Virus record (IMG/VR): IMGVR_UViG_3300017749_000006 | From: an uncultured virus (IMG/VR IMGVR_UViG_3300017749_000006) | Taxonomy: Duplodnaviria > Heunggongvirae > Uroviricota > Caudoviricetes | Reading direction: 5' to 3' (one strand) | DNA: 64,000 nucleotides | Shown: positions 38,727-50,200 of the stretch, piece after piece | Layout: each line of letters starts with the position of its first letter | Numbering within the stretch: the first letter of the stretch is position 1 | Notes under the pieces: model-generated | Databases searched by the model: none | Seen by the model: the letters and a program-made list of their open reading frames with translations, nothing else | Told to the model about the DNA's origin: nothing | Made by a program: the position numbers and the translations under genes

Positions 38727-38816
38727 TCACTCTTCCTTCTTAGCGGCTTTTTTCTTAGCAGGTGCTTTTTTCTTTGCCGGTGCTTTTTTATCTTCTACTG
38801 TTACTGATTTTGGCAT
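38727..38816 (-). CDS. Histone H1-like Lys/Ala/Pro microprotein, 29 aa
   Basis: MPKSVTVEDKKAPAKKKAPAKKKAAKKEE; GAGGTGA SD. Confidence 0.6.
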   Translation of the reverse strand: MPKSVTVEDKKAPAKKKAPAKKKAAKKEE

Positions 38817-38827
38817 ACTTAATCACC

Positions 38828-40729
38828 TCATGCGTCGTAAGCAGTAGTTTGTACATGACTTCCACTACCTATTAATTTAGCCTCAATTGCTTTTCCTGCT
38901 CCAAGTGTAGAAGCATCATAGAAGGCTTGGAAACCTACACTCATTCTGTTTGGGTCACGACCACTTACAGAAGCAGTAGGGGCTTCAAACCTTACGTTAA
39001 AGAATTTAAATTCAAGAGAATCATTTCCATCTTCACTAGCAAATTTAATTCTAATAGCGTCTTTACCTCCGCCCGGCTGAATTTTGTGAACTGATGAACC
39101 TGTTAGTTGTGTATATGTTGGTTCGTTAATATATCCGGCAGTATCAGAATAAAGAACTTCGTTAAATTCCATAGTACCTGTTATTTCTCTCATTGTAGTA
39201 GGTGGCGCTCTTGTAAAAGACCTGTTACCTACCGCATATGCTGAATCCATATCACGGTTAATGTTTATCTCAAAAGAAATTTGTTGAACTTTGATTGTTT
39301 TATCGGGATGGTCGGCAAAAATAACTTGTGCATCAGCAAAGTGAAGTGCGTCTACTGCAAGACCCGCATAATCTACATCTGTTACTAAAGTAGTAGGAGT
39401 TTCTTCGTTTTTACCAATGAAGTCAACAGAAGCCATAACATATTCGTTTAGGTTAGCACTAAATGATAATTTAGAAGCAACCATACCTGTAAATGTGTGT
39501 TCTTTGTCTCCACGACCTACGCGCATTGTATATGATGGGTAAGCGTGTGTTGACAAAACAGGCTCATTAAAAATATGATGTCTTGCAGTACCTAATCCTA
39601 ATGTTGCCGCCGCATTACCGCCGCTTGCTAATCCACCTATTGTTGCACCACTAGCACCTGTAAAAGATACTGTTGGTACTGCACTTGCATAATTTTTACC
39701 CGGATTTACTATGTAAGCATCAGTAAGTCTGTAAGAGAACATTTCAACTCCACTATCAATATCGTTTCTATTACTTTCATCAGCCGCAAAAGTTAATTGG
39801 GTAGTTGATATAACAGTAATAGTACCGACAAAAAGACCTGCCGCAGTATATAATCTATCGCCAACATTTAGAAGTGATTGGTTAATAACTGCTACACCAC
39901 TTAATTCTACGTGGTGTTTGTTAGCGGCACTAATATTTGCCGCACCTGCACCTGCTTCTGTTCTTTTTGTAGTAATATTAGAAAAATTAGAAGCCGCAAC
40001 ATCACCATCTTCCATACTTTCTGAACTTGAAATACCTGTAGATACTAACGCTATTGTACCAACAACTTCACATGCTTCTGTATTTGTACTACCATTTGCG
40101 GCAACAGGAATTGAGAAGTTACCTGCGGTAGTGTATTTTCCACCTCTATTTGTTATAGTAATACTTTCTATAAATTTATCTCCTTCTTCTGTAGCAGGTA
40201 AGAAAGCATGTAAAATTTTACCCATAAAGTCATCCGGTTGAACTGCTAGATTAATTGTACCTTCACCGAATTGAGTATTAGTAACCGCTTTAGATGCTAC
40301 TTGTCGGCTCATATCACTTCTAGCAAGCAACTCAAAAGTTTGCTTCATTGATTCGTCATCTACTTCTCCGTATGTAATGGTGTTAGTGTCATCAAAAGTA
40401 ACAGTAAAAGCAAAATTACTTCCGCCCGATAAAGAAGAAGTAAAAGTAAAATCATTAAATACTAGATTTGATAAATCATTGTAATCTTGTCCACCTTCTG
40501 TCAAAACCATAGTTAAACCACCGCTATCGCCTGTAGTCCAAGTTCCTTTAGCATTAAAACCACCTCTTACAGTTGCGGCTTTTGTTCCTAGTGTCCACGT
40601 TCCACTTCCGTTGTTACCGTAACCGCTTCCAATTGCCGTTGTTGTTAGAGTTAATAATGCACCCGGTTCTACTCCATATTCGTCTTCTCGCTCTAAAGCG
40701 ACATATCTATTTAACCATTCTACTCCCAT
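38828..40729 (-). CDS. Major tail tube protein with inserted domains
   Basis: N-terminal YVALERE..YG, PSYTMRVG, FEININR, REITGTMEF; position upstream of the tail chaperones. Confidence 0.8.
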   Translation of the reverse strand: MGVEWLNRYVALEREDEYGVEPGALLTLTTTAIGSGYGNNGSGTWTLGTKAATVRGGFNAKGTWTTGDSGGLTMVLTEGGQDYNDLSNLVFNDFTFTSSLSGGSNFAFTVTFDDTNTITYGEVDDESMKQTFELLARSDMSRQVASKAVTNTQFGEGTINLAVQPDDFMGKILHAFLPATEEGDKFIESITITNRGGKYTTAGNFSIPVAANGSTNTEACEVVGTIALVSTGISSSESMEDGDVAASNFSNITTKRTEAGAGAANISAANKHHVELSGVAVINQSLLNVGDRLYTAAGLFVGTITVISTTQLTFAADESNRNDIDSGVEMFSYRLTDAYIVNPGKNYASAVPTVSFTGASGATIGGLASGGNAAATLGLGTARHHIFNEPVLSTHAYPSYTMRVGRGDKEHTFTGMVASKLSFSANLNEYVMASVDFIGKNEETPTTLVTDVDYAGLAVDALHFADAQVIFADHPDKTIKVQQISFEININRDMDSAYAVGNRSFTRAPPTTMREITGTMEFNEVLYSDTAGYINEPTYTQLTGSSVHKIQPGGGKDAIRIKFASEDGNDSLEFKFFNVRFEAPTASVSGRDPNRMSVGFQAFYDASTLGAGKAIEAKLIGSGSHVQTTAYDA

Positions 40730-40781
40730 AAGGATACCTCTATGTGTTCATTAATAGATGGGTGTCCTATAAATATATGCT

Positions 40782-41846
40782 TTATCTACGGGTCATTTTG
40801 ATTCTACGACGGTACGTTATTGTTAATTGGTGAGTACAAATTATCTCATCATTATCTAGTCTAGTATCTAATGTTACTTCGTGACTATCAAGACTATCTG
40901 TAGTACCATTGAGTCCTGTAGTGGTATATAATTCATCAAATATTTCTCCTAAAATATTAAGTCCTGTTAAGTATGCGTTTTCATAATTGACACCTTTTGT
41001 ACTTACAAATATTTCTACGTCGTATTGTTGTTCTATAGATGAGCCACCTAACGCAGTAAATTCGGGAGAAGTAATATTATCTACATATACATGAACATTA
41101 GGGTGACTCATAGTCCTTATATTATCGGGAGATATGTCGTAAGCAAACACAATATTTGCATCGTTTACCTGTGTTTTTAGATACGGTTTTGTACTATCTT
41201 GTAAATGCTCTACAATTGCTAAAGCCATTCTTACGTGTATATCTTGAGAAAAATCAGACGGCATAAGTTCTGTAGGAGTAAATGCTCCAAAGTGAGAATA
41301 ATAAACTGAATGCCACTTTACATTACCACTAGCGTTGCCAAAAGAAACAGTAGCAGAACTACTAGATGCGCCCGTTAAAGTTTTATAATCTATTACGGCA
41401 TCATTGTTTTCTTCTATTTCATATCGGTAACATCTAACTGCACCGCCATCTGCAAGTGTTAATCTAATCATAATAGGAATAGAATCATTCTCACTTACAT
41501 TTAAATCTAAATCACTAAAAGTAACGGTAGTAGAACCTACAATCTTTAGTCCTGTGGTAGTTCCATCTGATTTAACTTCTACTTTGTGTGTGCCGTTATC
41601 TAATGTTAGTAAAACTGCATCGTCAGCAGGTGCAGTAGTATAACTAAAACAGGCTAAAAGTGTGTAGGATTTATATGTGCTAGTATCGGGTGTGATAGCC
41701 CAAGAACCGCTTGTCATAACCCAATTACCATTTACTGTAGAACCACCACTACCACTCCAAGTATCGTTTGTATTTCCGCCGGGCAAAGCAGGATTTTGAC
41801 CTGTAAGTCTAGCATTCCAATATTGATTCTTTGTTGCTATTGCCAT
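40782..41846 (-). CDS. Tail completion/terminator protein with N-terminal beta-sandwich domain
   Basis: Synteny; C-terminal ~150 aa typical of tail terminators. Confidence 0.55.
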   Translation of the reverse strand: MAIATKNQYWNARLTGQNPALPGGNTNDTWSGSGGSTVNGNWVMTSGSWAITPDTSTYKSYTLLACFSYTTAPADDAVLLTLDNGTHKVEVKSDGTTTGLKIVGSTTVTFSDLDLNVSENDSIPIMIRLTLADGGAVRCYRYEIEENNDAVIDYKTLTGASSSSATVSFGNASGNVKWHSVYYSHFGAFTPTELMPSDFSQDIHVRMALAIVEHLQDSTKPYLKTQVNDANIVFAYDISPDNIRTMSHPNVHVYVDNITSPEFTALGGSSIEQQYDVEIFVSTKGVNYENAYLTGLNILGEIFDELYTTTGLNGTTDSLDSHEVTLDTRLDNDEIICTHQLTITYRRRIKMTRR

Positions 41847-41847
41847 A

Positions 41848-42504
41848 CTATCTTCTCTCCTTAAATAACTTATTATACTTTACCCATTGTTTTTCAAGTG
41901 CCGGCCCTAAATCTGTTTCTATTGCTTTTTTTGTAAGTTTTATTGCTTTAGGAAACATTTCCTGTTCCGGCTCTCTTCTCTTACCATAAACTTTTCCTAC
42001 TTTAAATGTTTTACCTGTACCTAATCTTCCTGTTCTTGATAAATTACCTCTCCAATAACCACCTTTGAAAAATCCTCTTATCATACCTTTAGCCTGTCCT
42101 GTTTTACCGTCCGACATATATTTTTCTTGTTTACCCTTACCTACGGCGGCGGGTGTAGGATGACCAAGTGCTAATATTTCAGAAAAATTTAAGTTTTCTG
42201 CCCTATCTGTACCAAAAGTGGGTTCTGCTCCAATATTTACAATGGCTATATTATCTTTTGAATGTCCTGTTATTTTTAAATCTACTGCGTTTGCTACTGC
42301 TCTAGCGAAACCACCTTTCTTTTTTAATCTGTTTTTCATGTTATTAACTTGGTCTTTACCTATTTTTTGTAATTCTGTACTTACAACTTGGGGTGCATCT
42401 TTACCAAATTTTTTAAGTATTTTTTTAACATCTTTATTAAATTGATGAGAGTCTAATTCTAATATAAACTCACCCGATGAAGAAGTGGAAGATGCTATTG
42501 ACAT
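41848..42504 (-). CDS. Neck/tail component (HK97 gp10-like position)
   Basis: Basic protein; synteny. Confidence 0.5.
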   Translation of the reverse strand: MSIASSTSSSGEFILELDSHQFNKDVKKILKKFGKDAPQVVSTELQKIGKDQVNNMKNRLKKKGGFARAVANAVDLKITGHSKDNIAIVNIGAEPTFGTDRAENLNFSEILALGHPTPAAVGKGKQEKYMSDGKTGQAKGMIRGFFKGGYWRGNLSRTGRLGTGKTFKVGKVYGKRREPEQEMFPKAIKLTKKAIETDLGPALEKQWVKYNKLFKERR

Positions 42505-42513
42505 ATAATCACC

Positions 42514-43038
42514 TCAATCTACCGAACCAAGATGTGCTAATCTTTTAAGATTCATTGTACCTCTATCTCTTAATGTAGCACCCGCTTTTTCGCTATTAAT
42601 TGTACCACCTTCGTCTTCCATATAATATGCCGCCGCTAAATCAGCACATATCTCACGGATAACATGAGCAAACTCTCCTTCTTGTACTGTTACATCATCA
42701 AGATGGTCAACAGAAATACCTGTTACACCTGTCAATTGATTAGTAGATTTACCTGTCCAAGCAAACGAATCACCATCTACGTTACCATTTCCGGCATCGG
42801 CAAAATCTGTACCGCTTGTTAAATTGATAGTAGTAGCCCCTGCCGCTACCGCCCCATCTAAAGTAGTTTGACCTGTTTCTCTACTTGGAGCGTTGCGACC
42901 ATAATCTCTAAATTCTTGGTCTATATCTATAGTAGCCCTGCGTATAGCAAGGGTTAATTTACTAGCCGCATTTGTTCTTTGAGCGTTATTTAAACCTAAC
43001 CTAGAACCTACATCACTTGAAGAACAATAATATACCAT
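42514..43038 (-). CDS. Head-tail adaptor with inserted beta domain
   Basis: YCS..DV...L, I..A...ID, ICADLAA.Y pattern. Confidence 0.7.
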   Translation of the reverse strand: MVYYCSSSDVGSRLGLNNAQRTNAASKLTLAIRRATIDIDQEFRDYGRNAPSRETGQTTLDGAVAAGATTINLTSGTDFADAGNGNVDGDSFAWTGKSTNQLTGVTGISVDHLDDVTVQEGEFAHVIREICADLAAAYYMEDEGGTINSEKAGATLRDRGTMNLKRLAHLGSVD

Positions 43039-43192
43039 TTATAATCACCATAACCATTATCAGCGTAAGCATACGCCTCTGTTGTTTCTTAAATGTTACT
43101 AGCGTTTCTTGAATGTTTTGGACATCTTGATGTATATAGTGTTGTTTTGAAGATATTGCATTACACCAATTACTCCATTGGCCCGCATTCAT
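43013..43192 (-). CDS. Small coiled-coil protein with C-terminal TM helix, 59 aa
   Basis: Hand-translated (MNAGQWSNW...LIMVMVIINGILLFFK). Confidence 0.55.
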   Translation of the reverse strand: MNAGQWSNWCNAISSKQHYIHQDVQNIQETLVTFKKQQRRMLTLIMVMVIINGILLFFK

Positions 43193-43194
43193 TC

Positions 43195-43548
43195 TTATTC
43201 CTCAAGTCTTGCTATAAGTTCAGCCTTGTTGCCTTTTGTAGACAAGCCTTTTTCTTTTAACATAACTCTAAGTTCTGTAACCTTGTATTTGTCATATGCG
43301 TCTGTTAGAACTTCTATTTGTTCTTCTGCTTCTTCCATTTTTTCTTCTACGTCATCAAGTACATCTAGTATTTCATCTAGCGTAATCTTACCGTCTGCTT
43401 TTAATTGCTTGTATTTTTTATATCCCCATACTGCTATACCTAAAAGCGCACCACCCGCTACTAAAATTATCTCTATGTCATCTAGCATGGATGAAGACTC
43501 GCTGATACAGTCTAAGCAATCATCTATTATTGTTGTATTATTTTCCAT
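43195..43548 (-). CDS. Membrane-anchored SAP-domain protein
   Basis: TM IILVAGGALLGIAVWGY; C-terminal KVTELRVMLKEKGLSTKGNKAELIARL matches the SAP consensus. Confidence 0.75.
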   Translation of the reverse strand: MENNTTIIDDCLDCISESSSMLDDIEIILVAGGALLGIAVWGYKKYKQLKADGKITLDEILDVLDDVEEKMEEAEEQIEVLTDAYDKYKVTELRVMLKEKGLSTKGNKAELIARLEE

Positions 43549-43552
43549 TTTA

Positions 43553-43720
43553 TCACCTATCAAATATTATTTGTTTTACTGCCGAGAAAGGAATTACTGT
43601 AAATGCTCTATCTTCACCTTCACGATATATTTTATAGCCATGAAGTGTTTCTTCAATGTTTACTTTTGTAAATGATTTTTCCGGCGGAAGATAAACTATC
43701 TTACCTAATCTCTTGACCAA
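43553..43720 (-). CDS. Small beta-rich hypothetical protein, 55 aa
   Basis: Hand-translated; TTG start after GGGTGA SD. Confidence 0.55.
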   Translation of the reverse strand: MVKRLGKIVYLPPEKSFTKVNIEETLHGYKIYREGEDRAFTVIPFSAVKQIIFDR

Positions 43721-43765
43721 TAAATCACCCCGAAGGAAGTATTGCTAGGAGCATTACTTGTAATA

Positions 43766-43972
43766 TTATTCTTCATCGGCTTTTTCTTCCTGCTTCAATT
43801 GTAAGTCTTGGTTACGAGCCGCTACTTGTTGAGATATTTCATTAATATCTCTCTTTAGGCTCAACATGACACCATCAATGTCATTTATTGCTTTCTCCAT
43901 TAAACGCAACCAAACTAATCTGTCTGACGCAATCATCCTTAACTGTTCCACTTCACTAATCTCTTCGGACAT
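43766..43972 (-). CDS. Coiled-coil hypothetical protein
   Basis: ATG 30 nt downstream of CTTATATA. Confidence 0.6.
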   Translation of the reverse strand: MSEEISEVEQLRMIASDRLVWLRLMEKAINDIDGVMLSLKRDINEISQQVAARNQDLQLKQEEKADEE

Positions 43973-44004
43973 AATAAAACCACATATAGGAGTGTATATA
44001 AGGA

Positions 44005-44232
44005 TTATGCTAACCAAGAAGGCTTTGTTGGAAAGTTAGAGTAGCAATCTGTTGGGTTGTCATACGCCGCAGGTAAATCTAACAAAGCAGTTCTATATGT
44101 TGCTAGTTCTGCCTTTTGCGAATCTGTTAATCCTGCATATATTAAAGTTAATTGGTATTTATCAACCAATCTTAATGCGCTATTTCTATCTTCCCTCAAA
44201 TAATCCCATTCTGCTTCAGTAACCATAATCAA
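44005..44232 (-). CDS. Tail fibre assembly chaperone
   Basis: W..LR..RN..L...D, YR.ALLDLP, FP.KPSW motif. Confidence 0.8.
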   Translation of the reverse strand: MIMVTEAEWDYLREDRNSALRLVDKYQLTLIYAGLTDSQKAELATYRTALLDLPAAYDNPTDCYSNFPTKPSWLA

Positions 44233-47200
44233 TCAAACTCCACGTATATAACACCTACAGTATCACCCATATCAACACTGTTGGCAGTTATTCTTTGTAT
44301 TCTAATTTCATCTAAGGCATCAAAGGTGTGGTTTACAACCATTGAACCTCTATATATTGTAGTTGAATGAGGCGCTACTGCTAAGTCCATAGCGGCACTT
44401 CCACTTACACCTGTATCATCTTTAGTTAAACCTTTACCTGCGGTAAACTCAAAAAATTCTCCCGAAGTAGTATTATCATTGTTATTATTTATTTTCCAAG
44501 TTTGTACGTTTGAACTTGTAACCGCTTGGTTTCTAGTGTTTAATGTAATATATTTTATTCTTCCCGATTTAGGCATAATGAATCCCCATTGGTTTTGAGT
44601 TGAAGGATAATCATTTGATACTGCTTTTAGATTTACTGCACCCGTACCCATATCACTTCTATTAAATACATACGGTACACAAGTGTTAAGATTATGCGGT
44701 GCAGATTGTATAGACCCGCTCGTTCCATCAATGTGCATTACATCAAGTCCGGCAGATGTGAAGGTCATCGAGTTATCTTGGATAAGGATTTGCTCATCGC
44801 TAGACCTAGCCCTTTTTAAATATAAATCTTCATTATGAGAACCTATAACTCCATTATCTACTACTATTTCTTTGTTAAAGTAATACAGACCTCTATCTGT
44901 AATAAAATGCATATAAGTAGAGTTTAGAGGGCCAACTCTTATATAACCATGCTCGGTATCAATTCTTAAAGCATCTGCTTCTTCGGAAAGTCTTACGTGG
45001 TCAGTAGCAGGTGAAGCGCCTGTACCGTTTGCTAATTGTATGCTACCCCCGTCAGCAAAATCTAATTGCCCGTCATTTAACAAAGTCATTTTTGTTGCTC
45101 CACCTGCTTGGAAAAATATGTCATCATCGGCATGGAGAACTAAATCATCATCAGCCGCTAATGTAACATCAGTACCACTTGAAGATGCTAGAATGAAAGA
45201 ATTATCTGTATCGGGGCTTAAGTAAATGTATGAGTTAGTACCTGCTTTACCGTTTCTTATTTCTTCTGCTTTTAAACCACCTGTAGTATAAATACCACCT
45301 TGACTATTTGCGTTAAATACGCTAAGGTCAAGTTCTTCTACTACCGCAAAGTTAGTCCAAGAATCTGTACTATATCCTATTATAAGGTCATAAGCATTGG
45401 CGCTTTCGGTATCTGCTAACCATGTATCAAGCAAAAGCCAAGAATTAGTATGTTCTGTCATAGTCATATAAGACTCTAAATCATTACTAGCATTAGAAAC
45501 ATAGACCTGTAGCACCGCACCGGAAAAAGTGCTACTACTTTTTATTCTTAATTTAGTAAAAGTAGGTGTACTATAAAAATTGTAAGCCAAAGCCTGTATT
45601 GATTCTCCTGCACCGAAGAAATGTGTAGCATTAAATCTAACAGTACCATGTCTACTACTTCTATTATCGTTAATTAAAAACTCTGCAAATGCTCTTTGAG
45701 CGCCCACATTACCTAAAGCATCCCTACCTGCTACATATGCTACTGTGTACCAACCAACTGCTAAATCAGTAGATTGTTGTTTACCCGTACCGTAATCTAA
45801 AGTACCGTCTTGTAGTTTTAATCCCGTACATTCTATTGTACCTACAACATCTAATTTAGATGAAGGAGAATTAGTACCTATTCCAAGATTACCCGATGAG
45901 TCGAACCTTGCTTTTTCTACTGCATTAAGTCTAAACGATATTCCATCGTAAGCAGATATAGCGAGTCCATCGGGATTAGCACCACTATGGTCTTGTACTG
46001 TAATTGAAGGTTGATTAGTGTTCAAATGTCCTTCACGGAAGTACAGACCTGCACCTGCACCTGCTTCGTATGCGTCAATCAACACACTACCCTCGACATG
46101 GAGTTTAGCATCGGGGTCTGTCGTGCCTATTCCGACTCTCATTGTGCTACCATCTAACATCAGTAAGTCATCACTAGCGGCATTCATTCTGAATCGTATG
46201 TCGCCATTGTCTGTTGCTTGGTCTATGTAAGATGCACCTGCTCTATTGAATGTTAAGGCATTATTGCCAAGTTTGGTGTAGAAAGAATCTGTGTTTAGTC
46301 CTATTTGTAGTGTGCCATTATCCACATGAAGTTTATTCTGAGGACTCGTAGTGCCTATTCCGATATTACCCGCCGGTTCAATATGAAGTCTAACTGATGC
46401 ACTTGTAGCCGGATTAGTTGTTCCGGTATTGTTAGTAGTTCCTGTTAGGAACTGTATTCCGCCACTCGTACTGATATTGTTGATAATCTGCAATTTATTA
46501 CTTGTTGCTTGGACAGCGTGTCCGGTAATATCTCCATCTTGCTTCATCCACAAGAACGGTAAGTCTGCCTCATCACTGTTATCGGTATCAGCCTCGATGA
46601 TAATTCCGGCACTACCCGATGTTCCACTTGAAACATGAAGAAGGGCATCGGGAGAAGTAGTGCCTATTCCCATTTTACCATCGTAAGAGCCTTGTGAACC
46701 ACCAAAGAAGAAATCACCATTACCAATGTTTACGTCTGCTTCTCCGTTATACGATAAGTGCAAGACAGAAGTACCCGATTCATCATAATGGAACGCTAAA
46801 TCATTCCCTACAACAATTCTTAAATCATCGTCTTGCATTAAGATGTAAGTATTGGTATCTCCGTTGTGATAGATGTAGTCATCTACACCAATACTACCTG
46901 CTACGTCTAATGTGTAGTCAGGACTTGTAGTACCTATTCCAAATTTACCTGCTGATTCATCAAAGTAAAATCCTGTTGTAGTATTAGTTCCGTATAGATG
47001 GAAGTCTCTACTTTCAGTATCTAAATTATTTATACCACCAAACGCACCAAGAGTCATGAATGAATCTTCACTAGAATCTTGGTCGCCAAAGAAAAGGAAT
47101 GAACCATTTGATTTGCCCGACATTGTTACTGAATAATTATCAGTAGTATCTTGAACTCTTATTCTTTGGTCATCAGTTCCGGCAACGTGTAAATTAACTG

Positions 47201-50200
47201 AAGGTGTAGTAGTACCTATTCCTACCTTACCGTCGTCTAGTATAGACATCCTTGTCTTAGTCTCAACCTCGTAATTGAACTCGTTTGCTTGGTAGTATGG
47301 GTCTTTCGCAAGGTATGAACCCACACCGAAATCCAATCTGTAAGCGCCGTAGCCGGAGCGAGCCACATGACTGATAGAGCCACTTACCCTACCACCCGAC
47401 CCGCTTTGGTCGTTAGCCATAAAAGCGATAATGCCTGTCTTCGGGTCATCTGAGTCTATGATGTCGCCATCGAATAGGCTCTCCCTCAGTCCAACTACGT
47501 TGGTAAAAGTATTGCTAGAAAAATCAGCAGTAAAGGAGTCATTGGTTCTATGCACATAGTAAGTGCCGCTTGACGCAAAAGTGCCTTGCGCTCCATCAAC
47601 ATTGAAAGTCGTAGGATGATTGATGATTATCGCGTTGTCATCAATGGCTATCTGAATGGAATCATCACCGCTTGATGGTATTCCGGTCAGAGTGTAATCT
47701 CCACCACCATCATCAGTCTTGCCAGTATAGGTGAACGAGTCTTGGGTTGACCTCAACTCCGCCCTACCGCTAGATGCGAAGTTAGCCGCCCCCGAACCAT
47801 TTATGGAGATGGACGTAGCACCGACTGAGGTAGCACCGTCCACATCGGCAGTATATACGTTCACGGTACTAGCGACTGATGCTCTTGGGTAATTCTCCCC
47901 ACTTTCGGATTTCTGAAGAAGTAGCGTGGTAGCGTTGGAAGCCTTGAGGTGCATTAGGTGTTGAGGTGAAGTAGTGCCTATTCCAACTCGGTCTGCTGAT
48001 GAGTCAACAAACAGGGTATCTGTATCCCAAGCCAAATCTCCTGTTCCACCAGTAAGAGCAGTTAAAGTTCCAACGCTTGTTAATGATGAAGCAGTTACTC
48101 CACTTGCTAGTGTATTTCCTGTTAACGTACTTGCCGCCGCAGTTACAGTAATAGCGGCACTACCATCAAAGTCAACACCATTAATTGCTCTAGCGGTTGC
48201 TAATTTAGTAGCAGTAGCCGCATTACCACTAACATTTCCGGTAACATCTCCTACAAAACTACCTGCATATAAAGCACCGCTTACATCTACTCTACCACCT
48301 GTTTTTATAATGAATGTATCTGTAGCCGCTCCCGATTGTAGTGTAAAGGGAGTAGTATCAGTACCGTCTGTACTTGCGCCTGTATCTACTAAAAAATCTT
48401 TAATTACTAAATCACCTTCATCGGTATATAATAAAAACTTACCGTCATTATTTTGTAGTGTTATTCCCATAGCACCTGCTAAATTAGGATTAACTAAATC
48501 TAGTCCTGCTTTTAATAAAGGACTACTTGTAAATGTTTTAACTCCCGCAATACTTTGGTCGCCTGTAGTATATACTCCGTTTGTTACAGTATCGGCATTA
48601 CCTGTTAAGTCTCCCGTAACATCTGCAACAATACCTGCCGGAACAGACATAACACCTGCGGTTGTAAGACTTACTCTTGTGTTAGTGTGTAAATTAGCAT
48701 TAGAGTTATCTTGACTTATTTTTAACTTATCGCTATCACTATTATCCACACCTATACTCCAAACAGTTCCACCTGCTTCAAAGAACATACCTGCATCTCC
48801 TGTACCCGCATTTCCAATTTTAAGAAGTGGGAAAGTGCTAGTATTGTCTTTTTGAAGATATAATTCAGCAGTACCGTGAGCCGCACCACCTATACCTACT
48901 TTGTCTGCTAATCTTGTAATAGCACTTTGATGTGCAGTAGTTACAGTAGCGGCAGTACCACTAACATTTCCGGTAACATCTCCCGTAACATCTCCGGTAA
49001 CATCTCCGGCTAAATTACCTACAAATACGTTAGTAGTTAATCTACCACTACTAGGAATATATGTTAATGTGTCGTCTGTTTTTAAGGCTTGAGAGCCGGT
49101 AGCAGAATCAGAAAAAGTAAGAAAATGACTTTCAGTTCCATTGTCAGATGCAAGAGTTGTAGTTGCCGCATTACCTGTGATATTACCTTCAAGATTCGCT
49201 ACTAACGTACCTACGGCATAACCTGTACCACTTGTATTTACTGTAGTAGTAGGTGCGGCTTGTAAATCTTTAAACAGTTTAAATTTACCGCTATCGTTTG
49301 CATCTCTAAATAATCCCGCATATAAATCTTGAGAACCGCTAGTATCATACAATCCATAAAATCCAATATCAACAGTATCAGCCCCATTATTTCCACTTGC
49401 TAATATTATTAATGGGTCTTCTACGGATAAAGTAGCAGTATTAACGGTAGTAGTATCACCATTAACAGTTAAATCTCCCGATATTGTAACATCATTACCA
49501 CTTAAAGTAATTGCAGTAGTACCATCAGATGCTTTAATGTCATTTCCACCTACTAATAAATCACCACTTGTTTTTACTATATCTTCATTCAGTAGTAAAG
49601 TTCCGGCAGATGCAGATGTAATGTAAGAGTTATTAGTTAACTGAATACTTCCCCCTTTAACTTCTAAACCACCTTCTACATCAAGACTTGTTCCTGTTAA
49701 ATTCATACCTTCTGTTAGAGTTCCATTTATTGATGTGTACCACCTTATCCTAGAGTCTTGTGTATCAGCAGTAGAAGTAAAACTTTGTTTCTTTTCTACA
49801 AGAATTTTAGCAGAATCTACTGCCGTTCCACTAGAATCTTCTAAATTAAATAAGACTGATACTGTTCCTGTTGTATCTGCGGCATCACTTTGATTTGTTA
49901 GAGTTAACGCCGTAAATTCACCATCAATATCTTTTGTAATAGTAGTATCTATTTTTAGTTGAATATTATCATGTTTGAAATCTGCTACTGATACTTCTCC
50001 ACTTGAACCTACGGTAGAACTGTTTGCACGTATTTCTATATCTCCGCTTGGCCCTCTATTGTGTAAAACAATTGTACCATTGTCTACGGACATAAAGTTC
50101 CTTTCCGTACCGGCAGTATCAGTATATGTCATCATAGGTTCTTCGGCAGATGACGCACCATTACTTGCTAGACCCCAAAAAATACTACCATTTTTTTTAA

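Noticed and set aside
48955..49010. Tandem repeat (TCTCCGGTAACA)n
   Set aside because: Encodes GDVT repeats of the fibre shaft; explained by protein sequence
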